Positions 58,640-64,000 of a stretch of DNA of 64,000 nt are shown one piece after another. Made by a program: the position numbers and the translations under genes. Position 1 is the stretch's first letter. Every line of letters begins with the position of its first letter. This stretch comes from Takakia lepidozioides (lineage: Eukaryota; Plantae; Bryophyta): the NCBI GenBank assembly GCA_030704615.1, contig CM060733.1, positions 75,640,001-75,704,000 of the forward strand, in the 5' to 3' direction. A model generated the notes under the pieces. The model did no database searches and had not been told where the DNA came from. It saw only the letters and a list, made by a program, of their open reading frames with translations.

Positions 58640-59950
58640 GAGATCAACCAATGGAAAGACTGATGTCGATGATTTCATATTACCTGCAGACTTTTACAAT
58701 TCATCACAAAAAACGCAAAACAGTGCAAAATACCACAACACCAAGCATGGACGTATTTGATTGGAACTCCGATGATGATACGCCTACATTTGTGAGAGGT
58801 CATACAGATGAAAATGAAGGTTCAAAAAGTGCTCGAAGTGGACAAGAAAGCAAGTGATGTCAATTTGACTACTACTGTTGGAATATCTGAAGAATTTGAT
58901 CCACGGAAAGACATCGAAGCAGGACATTTTGTGGGTGTGCATGTTGAGGACGAACAAGTACAAAATGGTGTTCCATTTTGGATTGGCAAAGTGTTGAACA
59001 TAACGCGACAAACGCATGATGATGGCAAAATCCATATTATGTAGTACTGGCCGAAAACACACAAAAACATCCCCAAAAATGCAAATGTAGTGTCACTACA
59101 ATACAACAACTGTTTGTACAGAACTTGGGACCAAGTGATGATGATGAAGACGACATTCCAGTGGACTCTGTATTTATTTCGTGGAGAGATACAGTCGGGA
59201 CAAACAAAAACAAAATATAGCACAACAAAAAAACGGAGGCAGATATTGTGATTCCAAAAAAATTATATGAACATTTCAAAAATCATATGTTGCTAACGGA
59301 TAATGATGTTGCCGACAAACATCAAGCTACAATTTAGGATCAAAATTCATAGTTTCCGTTTGAAACTATGGAGACATTGTACCTGTTCATAATGTTTTGA
59401 ATCAAAACATTAGGTTTTAAATGATAAAATTTTCTCTCCCAAATTGTTTGTATATTTGTATTTTGGTTTGACAAAAGGTCCTACGATAGCACCACCTAGA
59501 GTAACACCTGCGGCTAACCAAGACTTTTCGAGATTTGAAGAGTTGTCGATCCCCCTGTACAATTGAGAAACAAAGGTTGTTCAACAAAACCAAATTCTAC
59601 CAGAAACCTTAAGTTTACCCGTGTATCTTACGATAGTGTGGCGTATGAGAGTGCTAGGGTTCAACTTTTTGGAACCACAGGTAGTAACAGATCCTGTGTT
59701 TTGTGAGATGAGAAGGGAAAAAGAAAAGAGAAAGAGACGTTTCATTGAAGAGAAAGAGAAGAAAAAAATAGAGAGAGAACAAGCCAATAAAACTAGAGAT
59801 ATTGAGAAGGAGCAAAAACAATGATTGAAGAAAGAGAAAACGATAGAAAAAGCAAAATTAAAAGTTGAGAGAGAAGTAGTCAAGGTGGAGAAAGCTCATA
59901 TTCTGGCTGAAAAAACTAGATTGGTTATAGAGGCATTTACAAAATAGACA
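58640..59950 (+). mobile_element. Degenerate transposon-like coding remnants abutting the 5' end of the PPR gene
   Basis: Frameshifted acidic peptides (EEFDPRKDIEAGHFVGV..PFWIGKV) and a K/E-rich coiled-coil tail. Homology to the paralog stops at about 58615. Family not identified. Confidence 0.35.
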
Positions 59951-62900
59951 GAAAATGTTTGCAATGTGTAACGCTCGCTTCTAATAGTAGATGGTGGTGG
60001 TTTTGTGCTAGTTAATGAAGTTGAAGCTTGACATTTTGGACTCAGAGCAATTCTGTTGCGATCTGAAGAGTTTGTCTTACTTACACGAGATTATAGGTTT
60101 TGTAACTACCTCCTGCTTCCGTCTTTCATATCTACAACTATGAGGATCTATGATGTGTCATATTCAAGACTCTTGATCTCCAAGTACCATTCATGTAGTG
60201 GCCTTGGCGGCTCCAAGTGTTCCCTTCTCTCAACTGTTAGATTTCATAAAATCAATGGCTCTAATAGGGCTTAGTATGGCTACCAATAGGATGTTTGGCA
60301 GTGACCATAATAGGGCATATAATGGCCTGAGATAGGCACTTAGGCGACTAACATAGGAATATTTGTGCCTTGAAAAAATGCTATGTGACTCTATGCATTA
60401 AAAGGGTTCAAATCTTGGTTGATTGTTGAATTGTAAAATTGGTGACACATCTACATTTCCTAATCTAGCCATCTCTGAAAAACAAAATACAAAAAATCAT
60501 AATTTACCTATATAATTACACATTGAAAGGGTTAACTTGGTAGGGATAGGTTCCTTTACCCTATAGACCATTAACCCCTAAAAGACGAGCCCGTTTTTGG
60601 TGGGCCCATTCCAAAACGGAACATGCCCTCATGTTTGAGGGCATATCTGACATTTGACAAACATCCAGGGGGATGAACCGTATGAAAGTAATCCTACCTA
60701 CTTCAGGAACCTACTATAAAAATTTCAATTGAATATTTCACCATGTCATTACGAAGATTATAACAAAAATGCAAGATGTAAATGTTTACTGTGCTCTAGT
60801 TTTGGAGTGAAAAAATGGTTTGACCAAGCAATTGGCCTCACAAAATGAATTTTCATTGATACAGGCCACCCAGATTCTAATTGCCTGGCATGTAAAGCAC
60901 CTTGGGCCAAAATTCCAAAACCAAATTCCAAAACCACATGAGGATTGCTTTGTATGGGAAAATAGGTGGGTCAAAAAGACCATCCATTACAATTGACCCC
61001 AAATCTGCCTCAAATGTGTCCAAATTTTCATCACAAGGTGAATTCCTCTAGTTATATTGTTCCTTGCGTGGAAACTCACTACCACAATTGCCACAAATGC
61101 CGCATATGCACACGTTCCCATTTTAAATACATATAAGTTCCCAATACCTTTCATGGGAACAACCCATGATATAAGGTTAAGGGTCAATTCACCAAACTGA
61201 TGCGTACTCCCTACCCTTAGAAAAAGGGCAGGGCCAATAAACCCCCTAGCCGGGCCATGAAGACAAACAAGCATAGCCCTAGTCCGAAGCAGAAAGAGAC
61301 AGAGCTTACAAAGGTTTGAATCGCAGACCCAAGGCCAATGCACACGTAACTTACTGCCCAACCCCTCTTGTGCAAAAGAGTCGGATTCATACAAATTTGG
61401 ATATCAACCCCAATTTGAGGTTATAAAGATGTTTAAGAAAAAAACAATGAGACTCAGAGGATCGAAAGTTTTACGTAATTTAATATTATAAACACACCAT
61501 CCTATTTGGATTTAGAGTTTTATTTAGTAGTTTAACATAAAATATTCTCTAATAACTCTTCAATATATATAGATATATAATATTTTTCTCCTCTAATATT
61601 TAAAAAAAATTATGTTAAAAATATTATTTTCAACTTAGTATATAATACATATATACATATATACCCATTTATGTACAATCATCATATTCTACCTAACATA
61701 AAATATTTCTTCCATTGAATCCAATATGTTTTATAATGAATATAATATATTTTTCGATGGCTTTTTAGTTATTACATCATTTTTTAGACTAACAATGTTT
61801 ATATCTCTATATACATATACTTGTTATAATCCGATTTTTTCCCTTGTCCACGTAAGACTACTTTTTTTATGCTCCTCCTTCTATCGAACCCTATCGTCTT
61901 CTCCTCCCCTCTTTAGGCTTCGGTCCTCTCTCCTGCTTCTCTGTTCTCAAAGTCGGGTGGTATCCTACGTTGCTTTATGGATTCTCGGATAATGAATTCC
62001 TTTGTCCCATTAATTTCTTAATTTGATCAAAATGGCCTTTGTTCCCTTTATATATATTTATATTTATATTTATATTTGTTATAATCCGATTTTTCCCCTT
62101 GTCCATGTGAGACTACACATATTAGTTTGTACTGTGCCGTAAGTGCAATCCATAATCGACTGTTTTTAAAAATTTGAAATCGGCACCAAACTTTGTCAAC
62201 CATTTTCCCATTACAATGTGCATCGACACTGAAGTAGAAGTCAAAAAATATTCTCATTAATGCATATGATACATATACATAGATATCATATAACTTTAGA
62301 TATTTGAAGAAAATATCATTCACAGTAGAACTTGAATCAAATTGTTGCTGAATGTACGGAATGTTTTATCGAAAGAATGTTGAGTGACTCTCCCAACACT
62401 GCTTAGAGAGGCTCAAAGAATGTAGAGTATACCTACTTTATCATGTTTATTCTTTAAGAACTAAGCTACACTATCTTTGTCAGACAATGTGATGGTGCAA
62501 TTGATAAAGTCGTGGCCATGGATAGTGGAATTATATCAAATGGTTTTTCTCATGTATTCAGATATGTTATAATCACAATATTTCACGATCTCAACATCAT
62601 TCTCTATATCTAATCCAACAATTTGCTTACCATTCATAGAGATGCGCAATGACAATTTTTGTATGTATATTAATCTCATTCATTTTTTAGGAGGATTTGT
62701 TGGAACAGTAATAGTAGCATATAGAGAACCAGATAACATAAAATCAAGTCCAACATCAAAATCTGAAGCTCCAAAAACTAAATTGTCAAAAGAAACTTGC
62801 GTGTTTCCAAAGCTCAACTCTGTAACAAAGTTTGCCTATAACACTTGAATATTTTAGAAGTTTTGTTATTTGGCAACATGGCGAAGATGTGCAAAGGAGT

Positions 62901-63204
62901 GAACTCCTCCTTCATTGCCTCCCCTGATCACCTACTTTGGTTGCTTTCGGATGCCACACTTGCAAGGAGTGCTCTTTGAGAGTCTCTAATCCACAGGGGG
63001 ACTTTGTTAGAGTTTGCCTAGGCATTTGACTTGCGGGGCGCAATGATCATGACTGTCAAGCTCCCCATATAACCAATCATTGAGACATGACAATTCAATG
63101 GATGATACTAATATCCCAAATTCAATCTTTTGCTCCACAGCGGGTGAGTAAAAAACATACTTTCTACCTGAAAAATCATCAATCATATCTGACTCATGGT
63201 ATTT

Positions 63205-63415
63205 GTGGCATACCGGATTGCATTGATTTCTGCTTCAGCGTCGTCGACAATGAGACATTTGGCCGCCAGGTGGGCTTTTCTTGAAGGAGGGCATCACGCA
63301 ATGCTAACATCCACGGATAAGGTCTGATATTCGATTGCGTGCTGACAATATGTATGCAACCGGAATTCCGTTCAACCATTGGTCGAACACCATCAACGTG
63401 TACAAGGGGAACTGC
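63205..63415 (-). mobile_element. Mutator (MULE) transposase fragment, frameshifted; the GC-rich, locally palindromic segment at about 63470-63920 may be its terminus
   Basis: Minus-strand frames read FPLYTLMVFDQWLNGIPVAYIL, YPWMLALRDALLQEKPTWRPN and IVDDAEAEINAIR, typical of the MULE DDE core. Confidence 0.7.
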
Positions 63416-64000
63416 ATGAAATGACAATTTGTAATTAGCAGACCAGTGTCGTACCGACAGACCCTATTTTAACAGGGTGTACTAGCACAGGGTCTACTGC
63501 AATAGGGTGAAAACGCACACGGTGTACTACAACTGTGTGAACACGCACAAGCACTACTATGTTTGGGGGGGGGGGGGTTAGCGATGCCCCAGCGACCTCC
63601 AACCGCCGCGATTAACGACGGAAATACTCTACGGCGCCCGGGGCGCGCTGGGGGCATTTTGCGACGTCGGGAAGTCGCAGCGACGTCGCTCCCGGAACAT
63701 CGCTAATTAGCGTCGTCGGGAAATTGCAAACCCCCCGGGACCCCCCGGCCGCGGCGCCGGCGCGACTTGCGACGTCTGCACCGCGGAAAAAAAAAAAAAA
63801 AAACAAAACAAAACAAAACAAACAAACGTTTTTTTCTGCGACGTTTTTTCTGCGACATCGCATTAGGGACGTCCGGGGGTCGTAAATGCGACCCCCAGAC
63901 GTCACAGTAGGGGGGTACATCTGAATTTAGGTGGGAAAATTTGAATTTGGATTTGAATTTCAAAAATTAGTTGACCATTGACTCGGCGTTGACCACTGAC

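Overview
This is intron-rich land-plant nuclear DNA, probably from a non-seed plant; the species cannot be determined from the window. In order it holds: the last 25 exons of a spatacsin/SPG11 gene (+), a lipoate-protein ligase LplA-like gene (-) head-to-head with SGF11 (+), a transposon-rich block (Copia LTR/RT/integrase remnants, LINE), and cyclin T (-). It then has two inverted copies of a PLS-DYW PPR gene (a pseudogene at about 42.4-46.0 kb on +, an intact copy at about 53.9-58.6 kb on -), separated and flanked by Mutator/SWIM, L1 and satellite-like DNA. The main finding is that manual splicing shows the intact DYW-PPR does not begin at the GTG given by the ORF track. In-phase upstream exons add a transit-peptide-like leader and two intron-split motifs of the OSB 'PDF' ssDNA-binding type. 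The predicted product is an approximately 1190-aa fusion of PDF motifs, a PLS-PPR array and a DYW cytidine deaminase. All exon coordinates were read by eye and checked only for GT/AG ends and phase consistency.
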